From Camelus dromedarius (Eukaryota), in assembly GCF_036321535.1 (NCBI RefSeq), contig NC_087437.1, positions 117,864,001-117,928,000 of the forward strand: DNA of 64,000 nt. Reading direction: 5' to 3'. Below, piece by piece: positions 13,181-28,049 of this stretch. How positions within the stretch are numbered: the first letter of the stretch is position 1; each line of letters starts with the position of its first letter. The notes under the pieces are model-generated. The model saw only the letters and a list, made by a program, of their open reading frames with translations. It ran no database searches and was not told the DNA's origin. Position numbers and translations under genes: made by a program.

Positions 13181-14737
13181 CCACATCATCTTGCCCTTGA
13201 CTCCTTATCTAGTCACTGACCTGCTTGTGAAGCACATTTTCTTTCTCGGGACTATATTAGCTACCTAGTGATTTAACATTAATTTCATAGACGCTTACTT
13301 AACAGATTTGAAGAACAACATGGACACAAACTGCATCATCCTGAATGGCCAGGCTCAATTTCAGTTCAACTGACCTTTCTCTCAGTCAAAAAAGCCTGGT
13401 TGCCTTTCCTGCCAAAGCAAGAGATTCAAAGAATATCCAAGGGTATTTTTATCTAGTATTTCTGTTCTCTGACCTGGATCCTTCAGAGCAGATTATGTAG
13501 GGAACAGGCTGATGCACTCCCTGCTTTGCCCTTCACAGATGATAGTCAGAGTCAATTCTTATGAGAAAACCCTTGGGAAGCAGTACCAAATTGGCTTCCA
13601 TCTTTATTTATCTTCAAAAATGGGGAAAAAATTCATGCATCCCAATTATTATCAGCATAAAGCCATTTCTGCCTTTAGTTTGTGTCTATCTTTCTTACTT
13701 ACTCACTCAGGGAAAATCTCTTCCACAAATACAAAGTTGCTGTCTTCATGTAAATTCTAAACATGCTTTGCTTTCTTTTGTTGGCAAATAGACAAAATGG
13801 GGATTCCTTTTCAGCCAGAAAGGTAGGAGAGGTATCATGGAGACAAGGTGGAAGGACCGAGGAAAGGCATGGGAATCTACTGCTCAAGAAAGAGTCTGCT
13901 CAGACAAATGGACTATCCTGAAAGCCATGAAAATCATTCCCTCCTGACAATTACAATAAGAGCCCAATATTCAAGAACTTTAAAAGGCAAATAATCAACA
14001 TTAATATAAACCTTTAATTTCATCCAGTTACTTTTGCAATGTGGATGAATATTGTGCTGGTGGATGAATGCACACAGTTCTTGGAGAATCATAAAATCAC
14101 AGAATATCCATGCTCAACGCTCAACGGACTTTGTAGAACACTAGCTGCTCATGTTGCAAATGGTAAGTGTGAACCTTAGAGGGCGTCTGGCGACCTGGAC
14201 TGGGATTTGCAGTAAGACGGCTGCTTACATTTTAGGTGCGCTGTGAGCAAGCCCTGATAAAGTTCTCTGCAAGTTAAACTACCTTATCTTAATTTTTTCA
14301 TAAATATTACCACACTTTGCTTAATTTATTAAGTATTATTTATTAAACATCCTCCCAAAATGATGAGAGATTTAATGCTCAATAGAAGAGAGGAAGTAAG
14401 AAAACTGTATTTCTAAAACTGAAACAAAAAATATAAAAAGCTACTATTTTTTGACATTAGAAAATGTGATATATGGCTTTGAGAAATATTTTTAAAAGTC
14501 ATCAATCTAAATAATAATATAAAAAGTGCTATCTAAAATAAATACAACACAGCAACAGCTCATGGACTTTCGTCCTCAAAAAACATTGAGTTAATGTAGG
14601 GACGCTCTATTTCATGAATTAAATCCAATGACCCCCACATCTTCATTCACACATTTCTCTAATTTTTGGAAGCTTCATACTTTAGGTAAATAAAACCTGG
14701 CTTGGAGTTTAGGGGAGTCCATAGTTGGTATCTATAG

Positions 14738-14838
<101 letters not shown>

Positions 14839-14948
14839 AAGTGGAATGACAGCAAATTTTGTGAATTCTGGTTATTTTCAAATTTCAAGCAAACACCATC
14901 GGTGAGTGCTGTTGAATCTGCTGCATAGATGCCAGGCTTCCTCAGTCA

Positions 14949-15416
<468 letters not shown>

Positions 15417-17319
15417 TCATTGATCTAAATGAAAAGTGTGGCTTGATTTGTACTTCAGCAAATATGCTTAATCTAATTTATTTTGATAAATTAACACAAT
15501 AATCATTTCAGATTCTGTACTTTTCAGTGTAAATACTGTGAAAGAGGGATTGGGTTTGGTTTCCTCTTGGAAGTTTTAAAACTATGTGTATGAGAGACTT
15601 CCTTCCTGCTTTGCTAATATTAGCACTACAATTCCTGTTCCCCCTTCAATCCATCCCATGTCTTGTTAATTGGTGTATATACTTTAAGCTTATTGAAGAA
15701 GGAGAAATTCCAGTTTTACTGTTAAACATTTTTTAATACTCAATGCCCAACTAATAGCAAATGTTAATTTAAAAGATTGACATTAGGACAATTGCATCTT
15801 TACTCTGCATCCCTCAATTTTACACATTCCTTGTACATGACCTTAAAGTATGAACTGGTCTATTACCAGTTTGCTGAGTTGTTAAGATGTGTTGCTACTG
15901 AGGACAAGGTTATAGCCTTCAGTCCGGCCAGCCATGGACACAGCCAAGCTCAATCTGGAAAGCTCTTTCCTGATTCAATCTCCCTAAAAAACTCCTATTT
16001 ATCCTTCTTGCCTCAGGACCATTCTTCCTCAGCAACTTCCTAGACGGCCTCACAGGGTATCAGCATCATAAAGTGGTCAAAATGGAGCCAGTGGTGCCCA
16101 CTCTGAATCCTATTTTGGTTCCTTGTGAGTCATGGGCTCATGGGCAAGTTGTCAGTATGCTCTTCCAATCAGCATCTCAGAGTAGTAATTCATAGATTAT
16201 TAAATTATTAAGACCATAATAGCTTAATATAAACCAGTTATTTTAGTAGGTGATTTTACAGGATGAAGTTATTAAATAGCAGGGTGTCTGCAGACTTTAT
16301 TCATTAAATCAACTGTAATCTCATTTAATGATCAGCTCAGGGGAGTGTTAGGGATCCAGCTGAGAAACAACTGAATGAAAACCATTCACTCACTCATTCA
16401 TTCATTCATTCACTCAAGAAGTGCTTGCTGAGCACCCGGGATGTGCTTGACCACACTGTCTGTGCTGGACAGACAGCAGTGAACACAGTATACCATCTCT
16501 ACCCACTGGGGCCGTCATGCACAGTCATAGGCAGCGGACATCAACAAAGTAAAGCAGCGGCTATTCTGTTATTCAATACTATGACTACTACTATATGCTT
16601 TTAAAATAAGTTGGAAGCTCTATCTCTGAATTGCAAATACAGCCAGAGTAATTGGGCAGGTGGCTCATCAGGTCTCATCAGAGAAACAAGCAGGCAAACA
16701 AACCACTGAAGGTACAGACAAGCATATTCAACGTCAAAACTGCTGGGGGTCATCAGTGAAAAGTCAGAACTCCGGGTGTGCAGGAAGCTGATCTTATGCG
16801 AAGAGAAAAAGATCTCAGGATGAGGGTCTACGTGATGCTTAACACCAAAGAGTCAGTGACACTTCAGAAATGTGGGTAACATGAGTTTTGTTTTTGTTTT
16901 CTTTTTTAACTGATTCCTCTGCAGCTAACTCTTGCCTCTGTTCTTGTAAAATTGAGACCTTCCTCTATCTTGTAACTTTCTTCTACTGTAAGGAGACATT
17001 CTTATATTTAATAATCATGGACAGCCGACATCCTGCCCAGATCATGCTGGACTGCAGTGTCTGTTCACAGTTGCCATCAGATGCGGAAAGTGCCGCTGTA
17101 GCAAAAGTGCTTGTGTTTCTCTAAATCTTGCCCCAAGTGTCACAGATGTTCACTCCATCTGTAAATATTAACACTTAATAAATTGCCATTTTTTAAAAAT
17201 GAACTACATTTCATCTTCTTTGGTTTCTTACACACAGAAACCTATTGTGAGTCTACTCAGACTCGGCACCCACTGCTGGCTTGGTGCTGCTCCTTATCTG
17301 ATTTACAGATCATTTTTCT

Positions 17320-17450
17320 AGTTAGAACTTTGGGGCCAGATGCCTTGGGTTTAAGTCCAGCTGTGCCACTGGCTAAAGTCGTTAACACATCTCTGTGCCT
17401 CAGTTTCCACTCCCAGGAGTGTCGCTGTGAGCAGTGAGTGAGTTAGCACA
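17320..17450. mobile_element. MIR SINE
   Basis: actttggggccagatgccttgggtttaagtccagct...tctctgtgcctcagtttcc. Confidence 0.65.
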
Positions 17451-18551
17451 GGGGTTCACAAACCTTCACATGCACCTGAATCAGTTGTTGAGCACTGATT
17501 CTATTTCATAAGGAAGTAGAGGGGAAAAAACATAACAGTCAAGTGAAACATTATTGGGCCAGGGAGAGCACTCAATTTCTCTTATAATAGGGAGAAGGAA
17601 GAAATACATAAGGACTTACTTTCTATTCCCCAGATCAAGAAAGAAAAGCAAGACATAGCACATTTTGATCTGTTTAATAAGAAAACAACATGGAGTGCAG
17701 GCTGTCAATAATTATTAAATATGAGTGTCTTCTTTATAGCAGAAGAAAATTATAGAATAGAAAAAGGGCACATACCTATTATTTTTCAAGAACAGAGGCA
17801 AGACATAGCTACAAGGGAATCAGTTAAAAAAGAAAAAAAATAGAATTCATGCGTTCCATAATTCTAAAATATCTGTAATTTATTGGTTTATAGAATTCTA
17901 AGAAATAGAATTATAGTTACAGAAGTGAATTTCAGAGTGTTTTGCCAAGAAGCAACATTGTTAGTAATGAAGACCCATGCCTCCAAAGCAGTGAAAACAC
18001 AGGTCAGAAAGCGCAGGCACTAACACTCCCCCACGTCACTCAAAGGATAACCCCTCGTTTTGAACGTCCTTTGTTAGACTGTTGCAACACTCTTAGTTAT
18101 CTCATTTCTTGGTCTAAACCAGATGCTGATATTTCAGGCTTACTGATGAAGGCTCAGTAAGAAGCCATGGTTGGTAAGCCAAAGATGGGGAGAAACTACA
18201 AAAAGAGCAGACACAGTGCAACACACATAGCGGCTAGGGGACACTGCCCTTCATAGCCAGTTTGTTTTGGCAGTTAATACAATAGCATAGTGCCTGATTA
18301 AGACTCTGAATCATGTTGCAGTCAATATATCTAATGGGGAAAATATTTTTATGTATTTATTTTTACTTATATATTTATATATCTAAAATGTTTTAAAACA
18401 TATTTATAAAAAAAACTTTCCAAGATATTTTAAACAAAAATGTTCATGATGGAAGAAAGGATTTATTTAGAGGGAAATGTCATTTTCGCAGAATAATGTC
18501 AGAATCAGTTTTGTGGCTTGTTCTTTTGCTTGCCACGTTACATTGGGATGC

Positions 18552-18614
18552 ACTTTTTCTTAATTGAAGTAGTCGGTTTCTAATGTGTTTCTAGTGTACA
18601 GCATAGTGATTCAG

Positions 18615-18656
<42 letters not shown>

Positions 18657-18712
18657 TCCTTTTCATATTCTTTTTTATTATAGGCTATTACAAGGTATTG
18701 AATAGAGTTTCC
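18552..18712 (-). mobile_element. Short 5'-truncated L1 3' end containing (AC)19 at 18617-18655
   Basis: Reverse complement resembles the 3' tail of the L1 at 26160-26320 (gaatcact..gctgtaca, tacttcaat). Confidence 0.75.
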
Positions 18713-19824
18713 TAAATGCAAATCAAATCAAAAGACCTATGTATCAATCATATCACTTCTCTCCTCACTACATACGTTGTTGTCTCCTTTGCTTCAGCCA
18801 TGACTCACAAGTCAACTATATAAAATATTTAAAAATGTCTTAAAAGGTCCTAAATCTTGTATTTTACATCCAGAAGATAGAATATTGGAGGCAAAAAGTA
18901 AACCAAGTGATGCAAAAACTCCTGTAATGATATTGGCAAAGCCAAATCACTTGTTTGAGACCCATTGCTTTATCTGATTCACTATATCACCTTTGGAGGT
19001 AAAATCTCTGAATATTCTTGACAGTGAAACCTTGAAACATTACAAGAGCAGAAATTCTGAAAGTGATCTGCAGCAGGTTTCCACATAACCTTCCTACATG
19101 AAGTATGTAAGTATCTGCTAAACGTCACTTCTTACCAAGTCTGTATATTTCATTCTACGCAATAGTGGGGGTTCCTTTCCCTGAGGCAGTTCAGAGCCAC
19201 TGAACATTGCCAAATGCTAATTTAGACTCATTCTTTTCAAACCATTAACAATGGCATTAAATCAGGCTAATATATTTCTGTGTCCTGTCCCTCAAAAATT
19301 AACAATATATTCTTTTTCATAAGGCACAAAATAATTTTTATTTTTCTCCCCAGAGCAGAGTATGATATATTGAAAGAAACATCAGTTGAGTGTTGGCCAA
19401 TCTTGGGTAGTTAGCAGTGTTATCTTGATTCAGCTTTTTCAACTCTATGATTCCATTTCTTCATGTGTAAAATGTTGACAGTGCAACAATTCATGAGTGC
19501 TGGGGGAGGCTTTCTGTAACACGCCAGCCCCAGAGCCCAGGTGGTGCATAGAAGTAGCTCAATTTAGCATCCTTCTACCTCCCCTTTTCCTAACTCTTTT
19601 TTTCCTTTTTGTCCCAACGCCCAGAATTCATTGGGAGAATCAAATGTATTACATGCATGTTGAGACACATAAGGCTCTATTTCCATTGCCATATATAATT
19701 TCATCAATTCCATATTCTGCCATTTCATTTCCAGTGGTAATTTAACTCCACAAGTCTTCATACAATTCTCAGGTTGACAGCTTTCGGTATCAGACTGCTC
19801 AAGAAGTCTGCTTGAAGCCAAAGT

Positions 19825-20068
19825 CCTCTGAGTCGTGGCTGCAGATGTTTTAATTTTCCCAGCTCCTTCTCTCCATTCTGTTTAATAAGCCCTTTCTTCC
19901 CAGCCTTTAAGAAGTTTTTCATAAAGTCTTCATAAAGTCTCCTCTGAGTCGTGGCTGCAGATGTTTTAATTTTCCCAGCTCCTTCTCTCCATTCTGTTTA
20001 ATAAGCCCTTTCTTCCCAGCCTTTAAGAAGTTTTTCATAAAGTCTTTCATAAAGTCTTCATAAAGTCT
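19825..20068. repeat. 116-bp direct tandem duplication with nested TCATAAAGTCT units
   Basis: 19825-19940 is repeated from 19941. Copy 2 carries three TCATAAAGTCT units versus two in copy 1. Confidence 0.95.
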
Positions 20069-22640
20069 CCAAAAATTGCATCTCCTAGTCCTGCCCATTA
20101 TGGGAATGCAAATCCCATGGCTGGTCTCTGAGAGTTCAGTCCCAATTACCTACCCATCTTAGGTGCCCATATGCCCACCAGGTATGCCTAGAACCTGTAC
20201 AGGCTTAGAACTCTGGACTGTCCACTATCTGTGGCTCCACAACTGTGATGCTGAGGCACATATGTGACCTGTGGGTTGAGCACGTCGCTTAATGGACTGT
20301 CAACCCATAAGACAGATTACTTGCCCAATTCTGCTACTTTACAATGTGCTTCAGATTCCAAAATTGTAAATTACTGACCCTGGGTGATATAGTCAGTCCT
20401 CCACTCTGCTCACACAATTGAAGTCTTTCTCCATCCACCCCAAGTTCAAGATTCTACAATGAAATGCTTGACTCACTCATGAGTATAGTGATCAAAGTAC
20501 ATGCCTCTTTCCTGAGTGACCCGGGAGACAGGAGATATAGCGAGTTTATCTTTTTTATTTCCCACAACTAGTGGAATAAATAGCATCTTACTCATTGTAA
20601 TTGCATAATAGGTTTTGAAAATATCTTTCAGAGGTGATGATGAGCATGTGTTTCTGCCCTGCACATCAGACAATCCTGAAGTTATGAATACAAAGGGAGA
20701 CATGCCCAGGACATAACAGTGATGAGATGTGAAGGACAAAGGTGAGGCTCCTACTCTGTCTGATTAACTGAGGGACCAGGACTTCTCACTAGCAGATCCA
20801 CTGAGCCATGTCTCCCACTGCTGGTACAGCAAGCTGGGGAGATGCAGTCAAGACCCGGCGGTGTATTCAGGTACAGCCATCCGTGCCAGCTCTGAACCAC
20901 CCTGTGAGCTTGTTCCCCTGAGCTGGGCTGCCTCTGGCTTACCATGAATTAGGCTGCCGGTCCTCGGCTGGTGCCTGCTAGAGGAGGAAGGGCAACGGGT
21001 AGAGATTCAGGGGGGATGATGCAGGAGCAAGAAGGGCATGGCTGGGAGTCAGCAGGTGCTACATAAAACAAAGCTCCTGTGTGTGCACATAAACGTGGGC
21101 TCCTTGGGAAGCCCTTCTTGACTTCTCTGTCTAAGCTCCCCTGGGGTTCAGTATGAACTGATTTTAACTGACACACAAATACTGACCTAGAAATAAAAGG
21201 CAGGCGTGAGCCAGCAGGGTGTTCTCTGACGCTGCTACTGGGTGGGAAGGACAGAGGAGTGAGGCGTGGTCCCTCTGGGGCAGTAGGACTGCTTTCAGGG
21301 TCCATCTATAACGTTTCCTAAGGGAGTTGTGAATTGGGCATACTTATGACAGCCGAAACCATATAAAATATTAGAAATTAAATAGGTTAAAAGTATCTAT
21401 TTTTCTTTAGCCAGAGATTGAATATACCATATTTATATTTCTGTAGCTGAGTTAAGTGGGAAGTTTGGATACATTGAGGGAAATTCACAACCATGCATTA
21501 CTTAAGTCATGCTGAACTGAGGAGAGAATCCCTGCTTGGCTGAGAACTCTGTAAGACAGGCGTCATTACAGAAACAGTAAGCTGGAGTTTCAGACATTAC
21601 TCAGCTCCAGCCACATTCTAAGTGATAGGCAACATTCTCCACGGACAGAAAACAACCGTGGGACCAAATTACACAGATTTACCCCAATTTCAGAAAGCTC
21701 TAGGTTCAAGGAACCTGCCCTGACTTGAAGGACTGTTTACAATTAAAACAAATGAACACACAAAATCATATAGACAAATTTCACAATTCCCACTAAAGAT
21801 GAGTACCTACAGTCCTCAGTCTCTGCACAACTGTCCTACTGCGGTTAGAACATCGTGTACTGCAGATATTGCTGTGGTAAAACACACCTTTTCTCAGATT
21901 ACACTGCAATTTTGACAACGAGTTGGAACTATTTTGTTTTCTGTTGTTATTTTTTAATGCCTGTTATTTTTTCAATGTAGAATTATTGTCCTCATTTTAC
22001 TCAATGAAGAGTTCAAAATAGCCAATGAGGCGTTAGGGTTTTTTGTTTTGTTTTGTTTTTCAATTATTAGAATTGAATTGCAAAGTGTTTGTATGGTAAA
22101 TATGATTCAAAATTATCTAATTTAATTAAATGGACTAGTAGAGTAGGAATAATAAATGTTGTCACCATCTCTGCTTGCTTATGAGTGTCTATAAATCCTA
22201 GACAACTGTCTATAAGAGTTTAGAAGAGTTCCTAGATTCCATAGCAAAGGGATAGGGACCTCGTTCACTTGAAAAATTCATACAGAGTATGAAGAATATT
22301 AAAAACCTTAAATAAGCAGTTCATCAATTCGAATGGAGCCTGTGTGCCCCTGACTAACAGATCTCACCTACCCACTCTGTTCCATTTGTCAGCTCACTGC
22401 CGTTGATTTGCCTCATCTCCATTTTCATCCAAAACTCCTTCCCAACTTCCTGCCTGCTTGTTCACTTATCTGCTAAGATCTTCATCTTGAGGTCCCAGAA
22501 GCATCTCAAATTCCAAACCAAATGTGTCATGTTTCCCCTTGATGTAAGCCTCTCTTTCAATTCTCTTTTCCTATTAGTGCTAGCCAAATCTCCCAGCTGC
22601 AAGAAGCTCAGAATAATAAAAGTTACTATATAAAGGTTGT

Positions 22641-22710
22641 ATGTAATGTAATGTAATGTAATGTAATGTAATGTAATGTAATGTAATGTAACAGAACAGA
22701 ACAGAACAGA
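22641..22710. repeat. Compound pentanucleotide repeat (ATGTA)10(ACAGA)4
   Basis: Read directly from the sequence. Confidence 0.95.
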
Positions 22711-23787
22711 ATAGACTTTTCCTAGCTGTAGCTTCCTCTGTATCTCCAACCACTCTCAGGGCTGCAATGTCTTGTCTGCTCCATTTCTCAGTATCTCTTG
22801 CATCTGGCTCCTTTCCCCCCCGCCCCAAACACACTACCATCACCTTCTATTAAAACATTTCAATTGTGTCTTAACTACTGGTCTTCCTAAATTTTTTTTT
22901 CTTTGTAGACTGCCATCCATCTCATATACCTCAACGTATTAATTTTTCTAAAACACTACTGTGAGTACCTACGCCCTGCTTCAGTCACTTCACTGCCTTT
23001 AGGAACAAGCAGGGACCACCGAACGCTACAAGATCTGATACTGTCTCTGTGCTGGCCCACACCGTCCACCTACAGGGAGTAGCCTTCAGTTCAGCCACAC
23101 TGACTCTGAATGTGAAGGCTGCACCCTGCCCTCCTTCTGTCCCTAACTCCTACTTGGCCCCACTCTCACCCCTACCAGCTTAAAGTGTGAAAACACAACT
23201 CAGCTGTCACCTGCTTTGGAGATTTTTTTCAGGCTGTAGACCCCTTGGAGCCTCAACTCAGTTTCTCTTGGAAACTTTTTTTTGACTCTAGACTTTATGT
23301 CCAGAACTGGCTAGATGTCCATCTGCTCTGCTTCCAAAACCTCTCACACATGTTTCTTTGATGACATTGTGCAGAAATCAGTGATTTTCTTACTTGTCTA
23401 TCTGTTCTCCCATGACTGGTTGAAATGTTTTGTTTCTCACCCTGTGCTGTTTTTCTCATTTCCTACCTCCTGCCATGTATTAGTTATTTGTCTGAAGGTC
23501 CTCCCACTGACCCCAGCCTCTCAATACTTGATCTCAGTAACAGTAGATGCACAGACATTACCTGAATAAGTCAAAGAAATCATAAGAATCAAAGAGATTC
23601 TATGAGTTAAAAACTGTTTTCATGACAAAGATCTAGTCTAATTTTGCTACTATCATACACTGTGACAGTTTTCATCTCCTTTTTCAAATATTGGACTAAT
23701 GTTATTAGAGAAAGTAGAAGCAATTTAATGAAGACATAATTTCAGGAAAACGTGTTTGACATGCACATCTATAGCTGTTTGCCAACT

Positions 23788-24231
23788 GTGTAAGTGGTGG
23801 CCTCTGATATACGTGAAGACACATCTACGTGGCCCAGAGTCCTTTGAGGACATGTGCCCCAGATTCTGCAAGTGACGTCAGGTAGTACCCTCTAGTCATC
23901 AGCCACTTCAAATATGGCCCCAGCTGCAGTGACCCACCTCATCCAAGCACAATTCCTTTCTGGGGTGGCCTGTATCCAATGAGTGACTGAAGAGGCCACT
24001 TTTGCCCCCACTTAGGACAACTCTGAAGAAACACTCTTTCTCCAGAGCTCCCTGTAGAGTTGGATGAGTCTGTCATCGACCTGCATCACAGTTCATCTTC
24101 TTCCTCTGCCCACTCCTTCCCCCTTTCCCTCCATCCACACATGTTGATTGCAAGGACACTCCCTGATAAATACCCTGCACACTGAACTCCATCTCAGAGA
24201 TGGCTCCCTGGAGAACACAACCTGCAAGACT
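23788..24231 (+). mobile_element. ERVL-class solo LTR (LTR16-like)
   Basis: ggacaactctgaag...ccagagctccctgt...ctgcatcacagttca...ttcctctgcccact...ctgcacactgaactccatctcagag...aacctgcaagac; family recognised from memory. Confidence 0.65.
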
Positions 24232-24905
24232 TTGCTTCATTTAAAATGAAAAACCAATCTACTATTGATAACACAACCACGTTTGTTTGTAACACATTGC
24301 CTCTGCATACTCCACCCATCCATCCACGTTGCTATTATTCATTTTGGATTGTAACCAGGGGACAGTTACCACGTGTGCTGGGTTCTCTTTTAATAAGACC
24401 CCTCTGGATGTGACTATCAGTGTGTTCCCATGCTCCTGAAGAACAGAAAAGGGATGACAGAAACAAGGGAAAAAGTAATTTGAAAATTCAAGACTGCTGC
24501 TCATAACCTTTAAAAAGTCTGTGCTTGTTTATTCATTTGTTCATTTTACTAATTTTCCTGCCCCAAGTTGAGCCAGTGTTCAGAACTGAATTTTTGTCTT
24601 TATCTATAATATGGGGATATGCATATTCACAAGCTCAGTAAGGATATGTGGAAAAAATGAGGAAGAATTCAATGCCAATATCTGAATTAGAGCCCAAGAG
24701 ATCCCAAAAGACTCAACTTAGAAATACAAGAAAACCTGGCAAATAAAAATCACATACACACACACATACACAGATACCCAAGCACACACACATACCGCAT
24801 ACACTGCATCCTGGATTTCCAGTAGATGACGCCAAAAGCCCAGGGAGGGTTCATGAGCTGAACACAAGCCAACAGAGCAGCACAGCTGACGTAAGAACAG
24901 TGTAA

Positions 24906-26335
24906 ATAAGCCCAGGCACTTACAGGCAATTAACCTACGACAAAGCAGGCAAGAAGATGCAATGGAGACAAGACAGTCTCTTCAGTAAGTGGCGCTGGGA
25001 GAACTGGACAGCCGCCTGCAAGCAAATGAAAGTAGAGCATTCTCTAACACCACATACAAAAATAAACTCAAAATCGGGTAAAAACCTAAATGTACGACCA
25101 GATACTATAAAACCAGAGGAAAACAAAGGCAAAACACTCTTTGACATAAATCGCAGCAACGGTTTTTTTAGATTCCTCTCCTAGAGTAATGGAAATAAAA
25201 GCAAAAATAAACAAATGGGACCTAATTAAACTTAAAAGCTTTTGCACAGCAAAGGAAACCATAAACAAAAACAGAAAGACAACCTATGGAATGGGAGAAA
25301 ATATTTGCAAATAATACGACCAACAAGGGATTAATTTCTAAAATATACAAACAGCTCATACAGCTCAATATAAAAAAAATAAAACAACCCAATCAAAAAA
25401 CGGGCAGAAGACCTAAGTAGATATTTCTCCAAAATGATACAGAGATGGCCAACAAGACACATGAAAATATGCTCAACACTGCTAATTATCAAAAATATGC
25501 AAGTCAAAACTGTGATGAGGTATCACCTCACACAGGTCAGAATGGCCATCATCAAAAAGTCTACAAATAATAAATGCTAGAGAGGGTATGGAGAAAAGGG
25601 AACCCTCCTACACTGTTGGTGGAAATGGAATTTAGTGCAGCCACTATGGAAAATAGTATGGAGGTTCCTTAAAAAACTGAAAATAGACTTACTATCTGAT
25701 CCGGCAATCCCATTCTTGGGCAAATATCCAGAAAAGACAAAAACTCTATTTCGGAAAAATACATGCACTTCAATGTTCATAGAAGCACAATTTACAACAG
25801 CCAAGATATGGAATCAACCTAAGTGTCCATCGACAGATGAGTGGATAAAGAAAATGTGGTATATTTATACAATGGAATACTACTTAGCCATAAAAAGAAG
25901 GAAATAATGCCATTTGCAGCAATGTGGATCGTCCTAGAGATGATCATACTAAGTGAAGTAAGTCAGACCGAGAAAGACAAATACCATATATCACTTATAT
26001 GTGCAATCTAAAAACTGATACAAATGAACTTATTTACAAAACAGAAACAGACAGAAAACAAACTTATGGTTACTGAAGGGGAAAGATTGGAGGGGGCATA
26101 AATTAGGAGTTTTGGATTAACAGACACACATTACTATCCATAAAATAGATAAACAACTGTATAGCACAGGAAACTATTCAACATCTTTTAATAACCTATA
26201 ATGGAAAAGAATCTCAAAAGAATATGTGTGTGTATATATATATATATGTATGTAACTGAATCACTTTGCTGTACACCTGAAAGTAACACAACATTGTAAA
26301 TCATCTCTACTTTAATAAAAAAAGAAATAAAAAAT
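24906..26335 (+). mobile_element. 5'-truncated LINE-1 (ORF2 C-terminus + 3'UTR + polyA)
   Basis: ORF2 peptides [32 protein letters not shown] and [25 protein letters not shown] with frameshifts. AATAAA/polyA near 26314. Probable TSD AGAACAGTGTAA (24894-24905) / AGAAAAGTGTAA (26336-26347). Confidence 0.92.
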
Positions 26336-26490
26336 AGAAAAGTGTAACGGGAATAAATCAGAGATAAGAGTAGCTAACTCTTCCATGACTAGCAAGGTAG
26401 TTCTTAAGTAGGATGCTTATCCTGGAATACCAGATGGTGAGAAGAACCGGAGAGCCATAACTATGACAACTTAAGTAGAAAGGTAAGAAA

Positions 26491-26545
26491 AATAAATAAG
26501 TAAGTAAGTAAGTAAGTAAATAAATAAATATATAGATAGATAGAT
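26491..26545. repeat. Compound tetranucleotide repeat (TAAA/TAAG/TAGA)
   Basis: Read directly from the sequence. Confidence 0.8.
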
Positions 26546-28049
26546 ATTAAATTACCAATAAATCAATGAGCAAAAATACAATTAAAACATTTTAGAAAGA
26601 AAAAAATCCATAAGGCATAATGGAGACATATAATAAGAGAAACAAGAACTGTTCTTTCATCAGCTGGAAAGATGTACTTTAGACATAAAGGAGAGAAAAG
26701 ACAAACTGCTTGAAATTTGAGGAAGCAAAACACTAAAACAAGCTACAAGAAACATGACAGCATCTCCTTTCAAAGCACTTTCGAGAAAAATGAATTACCT
26801 GTGCTCTTGTTAACCAGATGTCTGCAGTGAGAAATGGGGGAAGGAATTGGGTGGTTTCTTCAGGTGATTTTTATTTTTAGTCAATGAGACATTCCTTCAA
26901 GGATTTTCATGGAAGGTGTTTTATAGCTATAACCATATTATGTTGAAATAAATAGTTTCTTTAACATTTAAAAATGATGAACAACTTCAGAATTCATGAG
27001 AATTTCCATCTTTAACAATCAGAGTTACCTTGGACTTAGGAGCACAGGTTACTTTTCCCCTGGTTGGGGGCAATAACATATTTACTCAGAGACTTGTTAA
27101 TAAAACAGTAGTTTTCTAATTAACCCAAACGAGCTTGCATCTCTAATATTTAAAGAAAAGCCATTTGAATCATGATGCCATCAAGAAAATGAACCATAGC
27201 TCATGTTGTCCTAACCCAGGTGGAGAAAAGACTCATCCAGATGGGTTACACTTATTTTATTTATATGGACTATCAATGCAGGCAAAGCCAGAGGACTCCA
27301 ACTAGGGGTGATGGCAGCTAGGTTAAATGACAGGGACAGCCAAGATCCATAAAATCACTGTCATTCATTTTAAGACTTATCTTCTTTTCCCCATTAGCTT
27401 CTTTATGATAATTGTTAGTAATAGCTAGGTATTTACTTGAGGAGTATTTTTCATGACCTTGACTTACAAAAAGGTCATCCTTTTTTAGAACACTGGTTAT
27501 TAATCATATAATTGATAATTCAACAAAATTGTAAGTCAATGAAATTTGGAAATTTCAGGGCATTGAATTAGTGATATAATGAAAAAGGAATACTATTAAA
27601 TGCCTGAAAATAGGCCAATTAAAGACTTGTTCCTCTATATTCTACCCACATAATATTCACAGCAGCATAGATCTATGCAAAATGAATTCTACAGACACCC
27701 CCCTCTCTACTCCTTCAGCCAACTCTGTGTTCCTGCACAAGTCTCTTCAATTCTCTGAATCTCAATTTCCTCTTGATGAGACTCAGACAAGATGGCTTTA
27801 AGCACTAATATGTTTTGATTCTTTGAATGGAAGGTACAGAGTGAAATTTTCCAAGTATTTGTATCACTTGTAGACAAATTGGAAAATTCAGGTCTGCAAA
27901 ACCAAGGTATTCTATTGTGAAGCCTAGATTAATACACATTATAAGTAACTAGCTCCTGCTTGACGAAATTAACAAATTCTTTCACTGACTTGAGTAGTTA
28001 GTACAAGGAAATCTATGTGCCTGGAGATATGATTGCAGCATATTTATGG

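Noticed and set aside
15612..15625. 14-bp palindrome TGCTAATATTAGCA
   Set aside because: Several palindromes of this size are expected by chance in 64 kb.
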